Below are positions 1 through 12,799 of a stretch of DNA of 64,000 nt, in pieces. A program made the translations under genes and the position numbers. Positions within the stretch are counted from its first letter, which is position 1; the number at the start of each line of letters is the position of its first letter. The DNA is taken from positions 8,494,001 through 8,558,000 of the forward strand of contig OX597830.1 of NCBI GenBank assembly GCA_951406725.2, written 5' to 3'. The DNA is from Octopus vulgaris. Taxonomy: Eukaryota. The notes beneath the pieces are model-generated. The model did no database searches. It had not been told where the DNA came from and saw only the letters and a list, made by a program, of their open reading frames with translations.

Positions 1-3
1 TAT

Positions 4-1066
4 GTTTCAAAGGCTGCAAATTCCCTAATTCGGATTGAATAAGGAGACCATTTTGCAGCTTTCTCTTCAGGAAAATCCAGGAACTTAAATCTCCAAACAA
101 ATGCGCAGCAAGCTTTTCGACAAACGCTCTCTAGGAGCCCATGGTATGAATGGCACAAAACTGTCTCTCAATATGCGTTGACGTCAGGGTGGGTGAAAGC
201 CGACGAAAAAGTCCGTTGAGATAATTCGAGGTCAAAATCCGGTTAACATTGGAGAGGGGAAGAATTACAGAAAACCAAAGAGTGTGAATATATTCTGTAT
301 AACTAGTGTTAATATTCGAATTGTTTTAAGAATGAAAGCTATCGTATTTGGGTGTGAGAAACTACCTACATGTATGTGTGTGTGCGCCTATGTATGTGTG
401 GCAGTATGTTTAGGAAGCAGCTAGGGAGAAATATATAACAGCTATTGATGGTCAAGCAGCTGATAAAAACCTGTGTCTGTGTGTTCGTCTGTGACCAGTT
501 TATAGAGAGATGACTTGTCAACAAGGGGAGTATAATCCCTGATAGTGTTTCTAAATAAGTAGCAGATCATACGCTAAAAGGGGAGTAATTTTCCTTTCAA
601 ATTTAATTCAAAATTTTTTCAAAATTTTTTTTCAAAATTTTTTCCTTTCTTAGGACAACAAGGTGTTAATTATCTTAGACTTCAATTGTATGCTAGAAAT
701 GTATGCCGCCTCCAGTGGGGACATCTAAAAGAGTTTTGCAAAATCGAGTTAACTAGTTGCCCTCGGGCGAACACAGAATATATTCACACTCTTTGGTTTT
801 CTGTAATTCTTCCCCTCCCCAATGTTAACCGGATTTTGACCTCGAATTATCTCAACGGACTTTTCGTCGGCTTTCACCCACCCTGACGTCAACGCATATT
901 GAGAGACAGTTTTGTGCCATTCATACCATGGGCTCCTAGAGAGCGTTTGTCGAAAAGCTTGCTGTGCATTTGTTTGGAGATTTAAGTTCCTGGATTTTCC
1001 TGAAGAGAAAGCTGCAAAATGGTCTCCTTATTCAATCCGAATTAGGGAATTTGCAGCCTTTGAAAC
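4..1066. mobile_element. Fold-back element with ~295-bp inverted arms (4-298 / 773-1066), Penelope-like remnant
   Basis: Arms are near-perfect reverse complements; right arm runs into a type I HHR; (TA)n follows at ~1134. The Penelope assignment is inferred from HHR plus inversion; no RT or GIY-YIG domain seen. Confidence 0.6.
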
Positions 1067-1079
1067 TTTTGTAGAAAAT
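994..1079 (+). ncRNA. Type I hammerhead ribozyme motif, intact core
   Basis: attttc-CTGAAGA-gaaagctgcaaa...tttgcagccttt-GAAA-cttttg-TA-gaaaat: 6-bp stem I, 11 of 12 positions paired in stem II, GUA site. Confidence 0.8.
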
Positions 1080-1130
1080 AATAAAAAGGAATTTTGTAAA
1101 ATCTTCGTTCAGCTCCATTTCTTCCCTCAC

Positions 1131-1181
<51 letters not shown>

Positions 1182-1194
1182 ATCTATCTCTCCC

Positions 1195-1283
<89 letters not shown>

Positions 1284-1600
1284 ATATGTATATATATATA
1301 TATATCATCAATATCATCATCACTATTATTTATCGTCTGCTTTCCATGCTGACATGGGTTCAACGGATTGACTGAAAGCTGGTAAGCCTGGGAGCTACAC
1401 CATGTTCGAGTGTGATTTGGCAGGAACTATTGTCGGCCAGGAACTTTTGTTTGAAAGCGCATGGCAAGGTGTCACACACGCACACCAAGAACAAGAGATC
1501 CCCACCAAGTACCTATAACATAAAAGTCTGAAAACATTGAAGATAACAAATATAGATAAATATTTATGTATCATACATTGTAAATGAAAGGATCCTATTT

Positions 1601-1638
1601 CCAGTACTCCGAGTTGCTTATTTCGAACCATCAGCAGG
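1601..1638 (-). ncRNA. Degenerate type I HHR remnant
   Basis: cctg-CTGATGG-...-GCAA-ctcggag-TA-ctgg; core mutated at two positions. Confidence 0.35.
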
Positions 1639-1828
1639 TAAACTAAGCCAGGTTCTTTTGAAAATCCTCTGGCTGAGTATTTTTAGAAATCTGAAATGAA
1701 AGTTTGAAGGCACCTTTCATCTTGTTGTTCTTTCATTTAAAAAACCTTTGTGAATGACACGTGCGAAAATGGTTGCTCCAAGCTCACGCTTTGGATTCCA
1801 TTTCTGGTTCACGTGGAAATATTATAAA

Positions 1829-2182
1829 CTAGCAGTATTGCCCGGCGTTGCTCGGGTTTGTTTCGACCCTTTAGGATGAGAATTTTTGAAAAGTAAAACT
1901 TTTGCATTATGTAGTTTGTTATTCTCTTTAAGTGAGCATCTTTCTGGTTGAAATACACCGAAAAATGGCGACACAGCAGCCAAAAAAATTGTAAAAGATA
2001 GGGATTTTCATAGAAAAAAAGCACCTTTTTGATGTAAATAATTTTTGGTCTTAACATGATCGGATTCTATCATACTCTCAATTTTGGTCAACTTGCACCT
2101 CAGGGTCTCGGAGGAGATAGTGTTAGTTGAAGGCTACCAAACCTGCCATACACAGACAACTTCAACTTTATATATAGAGAGA
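1829..2182 (-). mobile_element. Non-autonomous Helitron
   Basis: Minus strand starts TC and ends with a GC hairpin (1841-1856) followed by CTAG; inserted between A and T with no TSD. Confidence 0.75.
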
Positions 2183-2241
2183 TGTCATAAACTTCGTACA
2201 ATCGAAGTCATGAAATTGCGTTGCAGTTTAAGCAATCTTCC

Positions 2242-2348
<107 letters not shown>

Positions 2349-2835
2349 ACAAGAAATAATTTTTGACTCTTTTTATGGAAACAAAAGGGTTTATAGGACT
2401 GCAAAAAAAGAAGTGCTCAAATGTAATTGAGACAGAGATAAAGAAACAACATTGATCATAGAACAGACATCAAATTCGAGTCAACGACTTTATATATAAC
2501 ACCACACCCCCAAACATATGATCATGTATAAATATTACCATGGTCCTTAAATATATAAAAATACACATATAGAAAAACACAGAAAGTAAAAATATTTATG
2601 CGAATAAAAATACAGATATCGAACGGCCAATCAAAAAGGTAAATAGAATCGAATAAAAATTCTAAAACATGTCATGCTACTGAATAGCTAAATAAAATAA
2701 AAAAATTTTATTATCGACTGAAAAAATTTTCTTACTCCCCTCGAAGTAAAGAGTACGTCAAAAAAGTTCAATTCATAAAAACCATGGTAGGTTAGAGTCC
2801 CGGAGCAAAAAGAGTTTCACAAAATCAAGTCAAAC

Positions 2836-2920
2836 ACACCTATGGCCATTTCGGGAGTTCATTGCCGCGGTTCGATTACAGTTAAAGTGCATCTCGGCAA
2901 TGACACCCTCATCAGGAAGA
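2836..2920 (-). ncRNA. Type I HHR motif, intact core, weak stem I
   Basis: CTGATGA-ggg..tcattgccg...cggcaatga..ccc-GAAA-tggcca-TA; palindromic stem III; stem I pairs only ~2 bp. Confidence 0.55.
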
Positions 2921-2946
2921 ACAAGAAACTGAAACCATGTATATAC

Positions 2947-3108
2947 ACGACGGGCTTCTTTTAGTTTCCGTCTACCAAATCCACTCACAAGGCTTTGGTC
3001 GGCCCGTGTCAATAGTAGTAGACACTTGCTCAAGGTGCCACGAAGTGGGACTGAACTGGGAACCATGTCGTTGGGAAGCTAACTGCCTACCACAATGCCA
3101 AGCCTGGG
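2947..3108 (-). mobile_element. tRNA-type SINE family B, 5' half
   Basis: Reverse-complement match to 5941-6100 (GGTTCAGTCCC B-box-like, CCTTGGGCAAGTGTCT CORE-like segment). Confidence 0.75.
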
Positions 3109-3196
3109 TCTGTATATATAAATCAAAGCTATTTTATTACTCAATGCTAGAAATATAAAATAAAGTTTAAAAACCTATCCCAGTGAATTTTCGACT

Positions 3197-3242
<46 letters not shown>

Positions 3243-3404
3243 CAAAACAAAAATGGGACAAGAATGCAAAACATCCAGACAGTTAGGTGATACAAAAAAG
3301 GGACAAAAAAACCACCCAGAGAGACGATACAAAGAAAACAAGGACGAGTCATTCGAGTTTTCTTTCCTCAGTCGAGTTCCAGATTATCTTTGGAATTTCG
3401 GCTG

Positions 3405-3448
<44 letters not shown>

Positions 3449-3485
3449 AAATCTCTTAACGAGATATAAACAGTAACTGCTCGAC

Positions 3486-3644
3486 AACGTAAGGGGGATC
3501 AGCCATCTGAATGTGGCTAGGGACAGGGCGGGGTGGTAGGGGTGTTACTGATGCTTTTAGCCGCCTGGGGCTAAAAGCATCAGTAACACCCTACCACCCC
3601 ACCCTGTCCCTAGCCACATTCAGATGGCTGATCCCCCTTACGTT
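3486..3644. repeat. Near-perfect fold-back, ~76-bp arms, 6-nt loop
   Basis: 3486-3562 vs 3569-3644; lies between (TA)n tracts. Confidence 0.9.
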
Positions 3645-3926
3645 ATATATATATATATATACATACAGAAAAAGAAAATGGAGATTGGGAAATATATATA
3701 TATATATATATATAGATCAAATGTATAGAAAAAAAAAGACAAAGACATGTGAGGGGACGACAAGCAGGTATATTAAGTTGACGCTCGAGAAGGATGGAAA
3801 AGTCTTTGATGTTTCGAGCCTACGCTCTTCGATAGAAAGGGATGAAAGGAAAAAAATAGAGAAAAAAAGACAGAGATAAAATGTGTTAGGATTTATGGTT
3901 TAACATGATACACACACGCACACACA

Positions 3927-3975
<49 letters not shown>

Positions 3976-4067
3976 ACACACACATATATATATATACATA
4001 CATGCATATATATGTGTGTGTGTATGTGTGTGTGTGTGTGTGTGTGTCAATCTACCTACCTACCTAC

Positions 4068-4132
<65 letters not shown>

Positions 4133-4708
4133 AATCTCTTTCTCTTTGTTTTTCTTCCCACCCTTCTCTTTGCCCCCCTCTCTCTATCAATCTATCTTTT
4201 TATCCATTAATATATGTCTGTCTGTCTGTCTGTCTGTCTGAATGTATGTATACCTGTATGTACATATGTATAACTGAAAGTATTTGTCAATAGGTTTGTG
4301 TATATATACGCATATGTGAGCGTGTGCCTATGTACATGTACGTGGATATGTAGGCGTATGGGAGTGTGTGCAGATGTATGTATGTACGTTTGCATGTATG
4401 TATGTATTTATTTATGTGTGTGTTTGTGAGTGTATGTATGTGTATACATGTATCATTTGTTGAGTTGTAACTTCCTAAACCCATTTAACAAATGTAAATG
4501 CCCGAAAATTGATTGAAAACACTTTCGACTTTCACGCACATACGAACATGCAAATACACACACACACACACATGTATACACATACAAACACATATGCACA
4601 CATATATACACATACACACAGGCACGCATACAACAAAACGGTAAGAGCTACATCAAAAGCAACAACAGAAAGCAACACTAACTACTGTTACCTTCCACCT
4701 CCTCCTCT

Positions 4709-4795
<87 letters not shown>

Positions 4796-5621
4796 TAATA
4801 ATAATCGTAGCAGCAATGGTAGTGGTGGTGGTATTGGTGGTGGTGGTGGTGGTGATGGTGGTGGTGGTGGTATTGGTGGTGGTGGTGGTGGTGGTGATAG
4901 TGTTGTTGGTATGTAACAAATTACCATAATATGGCGAACGTTCTGTCTTTGATGCAGAACTTTTTCGTTACTTCTTAGACAGAAGAGTTTATAAATTGCA
5001 GGGAGACAACCACGAGGTTTTGACAGCCGTGGTCTGACGGAGGCGTTGATAAATTCTCCTCTTCGTTCATATTGGAACGATCTTATTTGATCGTGAAACA
5101 GCGAAGATTGCCATGTAATGGGATAGGATGGACGAGATGGGGGTGTCGGAGATGTGATGGAGGTGGAAGAGAGAGAGAGAAAGAGAGAGAGAAAGGTAGA
5201 GAGAGAAAGAGGGAGAGAGGAGAGCATTTGAGAGTGTTGTGTGAGTGTGTGTATTTCTGACTGTGAGTGTGTGTGTTTGTATGTGTTTATGTGAGTGTGT
5301 GTATGTAATGACGACTGTCAGTATTCTGTATACGGATGTAGAGAATGTGTGTAAGTGTGCGCGTACGTGCATATCTATGTGTGTATGCATTTATATATGT
5401 ATGTATGTATATATGTATGTATGTATGTGACTTCCGAGACAAAGAATGTATGAGTGTGTATGTGTGTAAAGCTGGTGGAGTGTGTGATTGTGTATGTGTG
5501 CATGGTTCTGTTGTCCATGATAGTATGGTATTATGTGATATATATATATATATATACATACAGAAAAAGAAAATGGAGATTGGGAAGTTGATAAATATTC
5601 TTAACAGTAAATTAATCATCA

Positions 5622-5696
5622 TCCTTTACAGCTGTTTCAATTAATATTCAGAAAATATTAAATTTATATGACCTGAGCATAATATCTTCAGAGGGA
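5622..5696 (-). ncRNA. Type I HHR motif
   Basis: tccct-CTGAAGA-AT-rich stem II-GAAA-cagctg-TA-aagga; one mismatch in stem I. Confidence 0.6.
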
Positions 5697-5940
5697 GAAA
5701 AATATACCCTTGGATGTTTTATATGTGCTTATGGATCCATTATAGCAGACACATATATATATATATACCAGTGTATATATAGATGTATGTGTGTGTGTAA
5801 ATGGATGCATCTAGATACTTAGATAAGTTCCGACTAGTATTTGCCCAGGTCACACGTCTACATGTACATATACATACATACATACATACATACATACATA
5901 CATACATACATACATACACATACACGCATACATACGCAAA

Positions 5941-6097
5941 AGTGGCTGTGTGGTAAGAAGCTTGCTTCCCAACCACATGGTTCCAGGTTCAGTCCCGCTG
6001 CGTGGCACCTTGGGCAAGTGTCTTCTGCTATAGCCTTGGGTCGACCAAAGCCTTGTGACTGGATTTGGTAGATGGAAATTGAAAGAAGCCTGTCGTC

Positions 6098-6142
<45 letters not shown>

Positions 6143-6345
6143 GTCTGTATTTGTCCCCCACCCAACCATCGCTTGACAACCGATCCTGGTGTGTTTACGT
6201 CCCCGTAACATTAGTGGTTCGGCAAAAGAGACCGATAGAATAAGTACTAGGCATACAAAGAAAGAAATCCTGGGGTCGATTTGTTCCAATAAAGGTGGTG
6301 CTCCAGCATGGCCGCAGTCAAATGACTGAAACCGGTAAAAGAGTA
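5941..6345 (+). mobile_element. SINE family B, near full length, bipartite with internal (TA)n
   Basis: A-box-like TGGCTGTGTGG, B-box-like GGTTCAGTCCC, CORE-like CCTTGGGCAAGTG, tail CTCCAGCATGGCC...CTGAAAC. Other copies or halves at ~6781-6960, 9720-9820, 11705-11900, 17100-17610, 33870-34155, 42890-43250, 46270-47270, 48800-48935, 62220-62405. Confidence 0.85.
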
Positions 6346-6369
6346 AAACAGATATATGTACATACACAT

Positions 6370-6592
6370 AATTCTGTAAATAATAATTATAATCTTAAAG
6401 CTTACAAGCGATTACAGTGTATTGACTAAAGAAAGTAGACTAATATTGGGGCAGATAAGACCTCGACGGTAAAAGTCCCATGCATACTAACAAAAACGTT
6501 TTTTTTTTTCCGTCGTAGGCTTATATGCTCTAATATTAGTCAGAGCCCGGTGATCGCGTTTAAGCTTTTAACTTAAAACTATTTACAGAATT
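6370..6592. repeat. Old imperfect fold-back (MITE-like); related sequence at ~44580-44700
   Basis: aattctgtaaata...gactaatattggggca...cgacgg vs ccgtcg...tgctctaatattagtc...tatttacagaatt. Confidence 0.5.
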
Positions 6593-6607
6593 GTCACTTC
6601 GTTATCA

Positions 6608-6656
<49 letters not shown>

Positions 6657-6667
6657 TAGCTGACCCC

Positions 6668-6735
<68 letters not shown>

Positions 6736-7036
6736 GTGCGTGTGTGTGTTTGTGTGTGTATGGATATGTTTGTGTGTTTGTGTTTGTCCCATCATCGCTT
6801 GACAACCGATGTTGGTGTGTTTATAACCCTGTAACTTAGCGGTTCGGCAATAGAGCCCGATAGAATAAGTACTAAGGCTTACAAAGAATAAGTCCTAGGG
6901 TCGATTTGTTCGACTAAAAGCAGTGCTCTAGCATGGCCGCTGCCAAATGACTGAAACAAATAAATGAATAAATGAACACATACATACATACATAAGGGAT
7001 CTAATGCGCTTGGCTTAGATTTCCCTTGGGGGCTGC

Positions 7037-7112
7037 CCAGATCGGAGCAATCTCAAGATTAATCAGCCGAAATTGCGAAGATGATCTGGTTCTTGACTGA
7101 TGACTGAGGGCT
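7037..7112 (+). ncRNA. Reverse-order (scrambled) HHR-like motif, family X
   Basis: gcaa-TC-tcaaga ... agcc-GAAA-ttgc ... tcttga-CTGATGA: stems III and I pair perfectly; flanking helix ccagatc/gatctgg. Confidence 0.55.
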
Positions 7113-7195
7113 TCGAATGTCCCGTCCTGTGGTTCTTGTGTCGTCTCTTTGGTGTTTCTTGTTCTTGTCCATGTCTGTATTTATTTATTTTTTAC

Positions 7196-7255
<60 letters not shown>

Positions 7256-7518
7256 AATATATATATACAAATACATAAAAACACTACGCTCATTATTATA
7301 TTAGGAGATTATTATTAATATTGCTAATTGGCAGAATTGTTAGCATTCCGGCATTTCGTCTGTCATTATGTTCTGAATTCAAATTTCGCCAAGGTCGGCT
7401 TTCATCCTTCCGAGGTCAATGAAATAAGGATCAGTTGAGCATTGGGATCAACGCCGTCAACTGGACCCTGCCCCTAATATTTAGCCTTGTGCTAAATATT
7501 AGCACAAGACGCACATGC

Positions 7519-7591
<73 letters not shown>

Positions 7592-7737
7592 AAAAGCAAT
7601 AAAGATTCAAGTTAATTTAAATGAATTTACTTGAATATGGTACCTAACTTAGATGCACCAAAAAAACTATACTGATTTAACAATACAGTAATGTGGGGTG
7701 ATTATAAGCGAGAATGAAGCAACAAGAATGGATAGGT

Positions 7738-7827
7738 TTTTAGTACAATCGTTTCATACAAGGACAGGCTTTATTAAAAGTTGCAAAATTACAGCATATA
7801 AACGTGTCCCGTACTCATCAGCTAAAA
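7738..7827 (-). ncRNA. Type I HHR, intact core
   Basis: ttttag-CTGATGA-gtacgggaca...tgtccttgtat-GAAA-cgattg-TA-ctaaaa. Confidence 0.8.
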
Positions 7828-8299
7828 TACATGTGAGTTCTCTAGACATCCTAGTGGTTGAGGCTATACTCATGAAGTAATGTAGATAATTAAGTAACAT
7901 AAACAGATTTCAAAAGTTCATTAAAGTTCTTTAAAGATGATGTACAGTCTTATCACAGAATTTTAAAAAGTTTTAATAGCATCACAGAGAAGGTGACCTA
8001 ATCCATAGTGCACATATGAATTTCCAGAGATATGATGAGGGAAATTCATATGTGCACTATGGATTAGGTCACCTTCTCTGTGATGCTATTAAAACTTTTT
8101 TAAAATTCTGTGATAAGACTGTACATCATCTTTAAAGAACTTTAATGAACTTTTGAAATCTGTTTATGTTACTTAATTATCTACATTACTTCATGAGTAT
8201 AGCCTCAACCACTAGGATGTCTAGAGAACTCACATGTATTTTAGCTGATGAGTACGGGACACGTTTATATGCTGTAATTTTTGCAACTTTTTAATAAAG
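7769..8299. mobile_element. Fold-back element with ~257-bp arms and 14-nt loop, Penelope-like remnant
   Basis: 7769-8025 vs 8040-8299, nearly identical; overlaps the HHR; right arm ends at a family A SINE. Confidence 0.7.
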
Positions 8300-8465
8300 A
8301 TTAAGTCGATTACATCGACCCCAGTGCGTAACTGGTACTTATTTAATCGACCCCGAAAGGATGAAAGGCAAAGTGGACCTCGGCGGAATTTGAACTCAGA
8401 ACGTAGCGGCAGACGAAATACCTCTAAGCATTTCACCCGGCGTGCTAACGTTTCTGCCAGCTCGC
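8299..8465 (-). mobile_element. tRNA-type SINE family A
   Basis: GAGCTGGCAGAAACGTTAG head, GAGTTCAAATTCC B box, GCCTTTCATCCTTTCGGGGTCGAT body. Further copies at ~7325-7495, 11942-12122, 30204-30322, 39872-40320, 41122-41340, 50458-50657, 54000-54420, 55329-55470, 63931-64000. Confidence 0.85.
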
Positions 8466-9029
8466 ACACATATATATACACACACATGCATACTTTCATA
8501 TATACATATATACATATAAACTTAAAACATGCTCTTCACCATTATCGACCAAATTCCTGTCAAGTGGCATTGGTTAACTGGAGATTTTAGTACAAGACAC
8601 TTGTTCCAAAGCTCCAAAGTTCCACTTAGTGTGATCGAACCGTGGAACAATATGATTGCGAAACAAACCTTTGAAATCTAACTCTCTATATTCGCCATCG
8701 TAATTATTTGGCATGGTGTCAATCCAAGGAATAATTATTAAAAATATTTAATTATTTTAGAGACAATCAAATTCCATGTTGATTAGCAGATTCTGGGGAA
8801 GAACTGAGCACGTTTCTAAGACTAAATGGCAGCGGGCCAATTCCTTAGTAGAAGACTGTTAGTTGGCACCGAACCAAATATTGTAATATACCAAACCGGA
8901 CTATCATCATCAGAATTGGAACTGTCGACAGCGACCACCAACAACACCAGCAGCGGCAGTAGCAGCAGCACCGGCGCCGCCCCCACAATCTATTCACCGA
9001 GATTGATACTGTCATCAACAATGACATAA

Positions 9030-9235
9030 CTATCACCATCACCATCACCATCACCACCACCACCACCACCGCCGACACCACCACCATCACCACCACCACC
9101 ACCACAAGCACCACCACCACCACCACCACCACCACCACCACCACCACCACCACCACCACCACCACCACCACCACCACCACCACCACCACCATCACCACCA
9201 CAACCCCCATTGATACCTCAAAAACAACCACCACA
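9030..9235. repeat. (CAC)n microsatellite
   Basis: Direct inspection; similar degenerate tracts at 29308-29865, 33110-33520, 60085-60600. Confidence 0.95.
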
Positions 9236-9491
9236 AACCTCACCCCTTCCAATACCACTCCCCCACCCTCCAGCGGTCATGCTGTCATCATCCATGATAT
9301 AATAGCTTTCATAAACATCATCATCATAACCAACAGCAACAAAAACAACATTTGCAACTGCACAGTATGACACACAGACACACAGACACACAGAGGCAAA
9401 CGTACAGTTTCATGTATGAACCAAAATGTTATAGGCCTCCTTTTGTCTTTGACACATTGATAGTCATCTGTCTGTCTGTGTGTATACATGC

Positions 9492-9523
<32 letters not shown>

Positions 9524-10445
9524 ATAAATGCCACAGGTATGGAGCATTTACATCCAGGACTGAGTCTCTGTTCCGTACCTGTGTGTCATTTCATAAATTT
9601 ACTCCTGTATTCCCAACGATGTTCAGATCCACTTATTTTTATTGTTACATGCGTGGTTTCTCCATATTTATTTATCTATCTATCTTTCTATCTATCTATC
9701 TATTTATCTATCTATGAGCACCAGGCTTAACGAAAACAGTACCGGGGTTGATTTCGTCGACTAAAGCCGTCAAGCCATTGCTACAGCATGGCCGCAGTCT
9801 AGTGACAAACACGCAAAAGAATAAATAATGTGTGTGCATTTGTGAGTGTGTGTGTGTGTGTGTGTGTAGTAGTAGTAGTAGTAGTAGTAGTAGTATGTCT
9901 GCATCAGAGACGGGATTGTCACGGTTGGAGCCCCTTTTATCATAGGTCAACTAAATAAACATCAACAACATACCGTTAAAGCAGCCAATCATCTATTTAG
10001 GGTCAGCGCCCCTAAATACCCACAAGTAACCCACCCCTCAATCTATGCTGAGGAGCAGCAGTTCGAGGGCGACGGAGTCGGAATGATAAGCCGTGGCTAC
10101 TTTATGGTAAGTTATCACGGATTAAGATCCTAATTGCACGTGGCAGGCTGTAATTAATGTGTAGTCAGATGGACTTTGGCGGTAATTGGAGGAAAATGAT
10201 CTGGTTGCGATGGACAGGGGCTCTGGACATGGCTTTTGCTACAGTCACTGATTTCTAACTGGGTGGTAAACGGGTGTATATATGGCTACCCGTACACAGG
10301 CACACAGACAACTGGGTTTGTTGTAAATAGATCGAATGACTGCTATAGACAAGGAACTCCGATGTAGAAGATATATATACTGGTAAATAGTGCTATATAT
10401 ATATATATATACACACACAAATAACTGTGTGCGAATGTGTATGTA

Positions 10446-10522
<77 letters not shown>

Positions 10523-10610
10523 ATAATAATAGTGATTGTTTCTTATTAGGAACAAGAGAGTTAATAGGACTGCAAGAGAAGTGCTCAAGCAAATGAGACG
10601 AGTTTAACAA

Positions 10611-11040
10611 ACTTTGGTTGTAGAACAAGCAACAAATTTAAGGTCATCCACTTAAAAGATCACATCTCGAACATTTAATCACGTATAAAGAGACATAATG
10701 CCTTTTCTTATACATAGAATACGGATGCACAAAATCACAGAAGATGAAACAATATTTCATTCAGACAAGCGTATAAAAGAAATGAGTACAGTCTATCGCA
10801 ATATAAAAAATTAAAAGATTTATACTTCAGCATCTAAAAATTATTTTTTACATTTTAAAACCTTGAATAATAAATATACAAGAAACATACAAATACATAA
10901 GGTATAGATAAAAAGTTCATCGATTAAGAATTTTTTACGATTAAAAGTAAAAAAATTCTTAATCGATGAACTTTTTTTCTATACCTTTTGATGAACTAAG
11001 TGGATGACCTTAAATTTGATGTTTGTTCTTCAACCAAAGT
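10611..11040. repeat. Nested inverted repeats (10611-10653 / 10997-11040 and hairpin 10899-10987)
   Basis: Reverse-complement matches; element lies between (TA)n tracts. Confidence 0.7.
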
Positions 11041-11302
11041 GTGTTTATATATATATATGATTAAGATTCAGTTGAATTAGGTACTCAAATTGAGGAAGCT
11101 TGCTTGTTCGGTATAATCTGCACACCCCAACAATATTATTTCTCTATTAAATATCGAGACTCCGTGTAGGGGTGTCTGTACACAATATTCCTGTCGTGTG
11201 TGCAGACAACGACACCCATCTAAGTGAAGATATCCGCTCTTGGTAATTCAGACATGTACTTTCTATAGTATTTCCGAAGTGCAGATTCCAAGTTAGGTGT
11301 TC

Positions 11303-11353
<51 letters not shown>

Positions 11354-11515
11354 AAAAAATATAAGAGAAAAAAATCTATCAGAAAGGAACTCTATCTCTC
11401 TAAAAAAATATCTTTTGATAAGCATAACAAATGCGCAACCGGTAAAAAGTACTTTCACCTAATTAAATACACTCTCCCTTACTTAAATTATTTTGTCAGC
11501 ATTTTCTTCATTTCC

Positions 11516-11546
<31 letters not shown>

Positions 11547-11629
11547 TAGTCGAATACTTTTTTTTAAACCTGGTACTTATTAAGTATTTATGGAATTTTG
11601 ATTTACTGTCGAGTGACTTTTTGCCAACC

Positions 11630-11706
<77 letters not shown>

Positions 11707-12400
11707 TTTTGTGCTTGTGTTCGGGCTCCACAACCGCTTCACAATCGGTCTTGATAATTTAGTTGCTCGGCAAAAACGCTGATAGAAAGGCAAAAAAGGG
11801 TTTAAACAGTAAAATTGCTAGGGTTGATTTCTTCGACTAAACCCTTCCTGACGGCGCCCCAGGATGGCCACTGGCCAATGACGGAAACAAGTAAAAAAAT
11901 AAAGCGATATATGTATGTATCTGTCTATATTGGTATACAGGAAGGCGGCGAGCTGGCAGAAACGTTAGCGTGACGGGCGAAATGCCTAGCAGTATTTCGT
12001 TTGTCTTTATGCTCTGAGTTCAAATTCCGCTGTGGTCGACTTTGCCTTTCATCCTTTCGGGGTCTATAAATTAAGTACCAGTTGCGTCCCCCAAAATTTC
12101 GGGCCTTGTGCCTAGAGTAGAAATGTATATTGGTATACAGGCATATGTATATGTATTATATATGTGTGTGTATGTGCGCCAGTGTCTGTCTGTATGTATA
12201 GGCCTAATAATCATAAATTGAAATACACCGCAGGCGTTTCATTCCATATCACCTTTGCTCACCTTGCTCCCATTTAAAGGTACGGGATCAATCTGAAGAC
12301 TCTTTGCCCTCAAACAATATTTCTTTGAACATTTACTAATAGATAGTTGGGTAAATTGAATGAGAGAAATACCCACTGTCAGATCACTATTAACCAATCG

Positions 12401-12690
12401 TGAAGGTGCGTGGCTTGATGATTAAAATATCAGGTTTACGTTGTGTCCTTGAGCAAGATAATTTATTTCATGTTGTTCCAGTCCATTCAGCTGGTCAAAA
12501 TGAGTCGTACCTGTAAATTCAATGGGACCAGTCTTGTCACATTCTGTATCACGCTGCATTCCACTAAGAACTACGTTAAGGGTACACGTGTCTGTGGAGT
12601 GCTCAGCCACTTGCACGTTAATTTCACGAGCAAGCTATTTCATTGATTGGATCAACTGGGACACTCGTCGTCGTAACCAGTGGAGTGCCC
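12401..12690 (+). mobile_element. Decayed tRNA-type SINE, third family
   Basis: GCGTGGCTT head and GTGTCCTTGAGCAAG...CCAGTCCATTCAGCTG core-like segment. Confidence 0.5.
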
Positions 12691-12799
12691 ATATTAACCG
12701 ATCAGTTCACCAAACTGGCAGAAATAGATGGTAGATCAAAATGAAGAATATTCACTGCAAGACCAATATTGATAGATCAGTCTACTGACTACATGACTT

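Noticed and set aside
160-234. Possible reversed-order HHR (actg-TC-tctcaa...GAAA...ttgaga)
   Set aside because: The CUGANGA strand is missing (taattcga) and stem III is mismatched.
8826-9029. 67-aa ORF as a host exon
   Set aside because: No domain similarity, grades into (CAC)n, and no convincing splice context.
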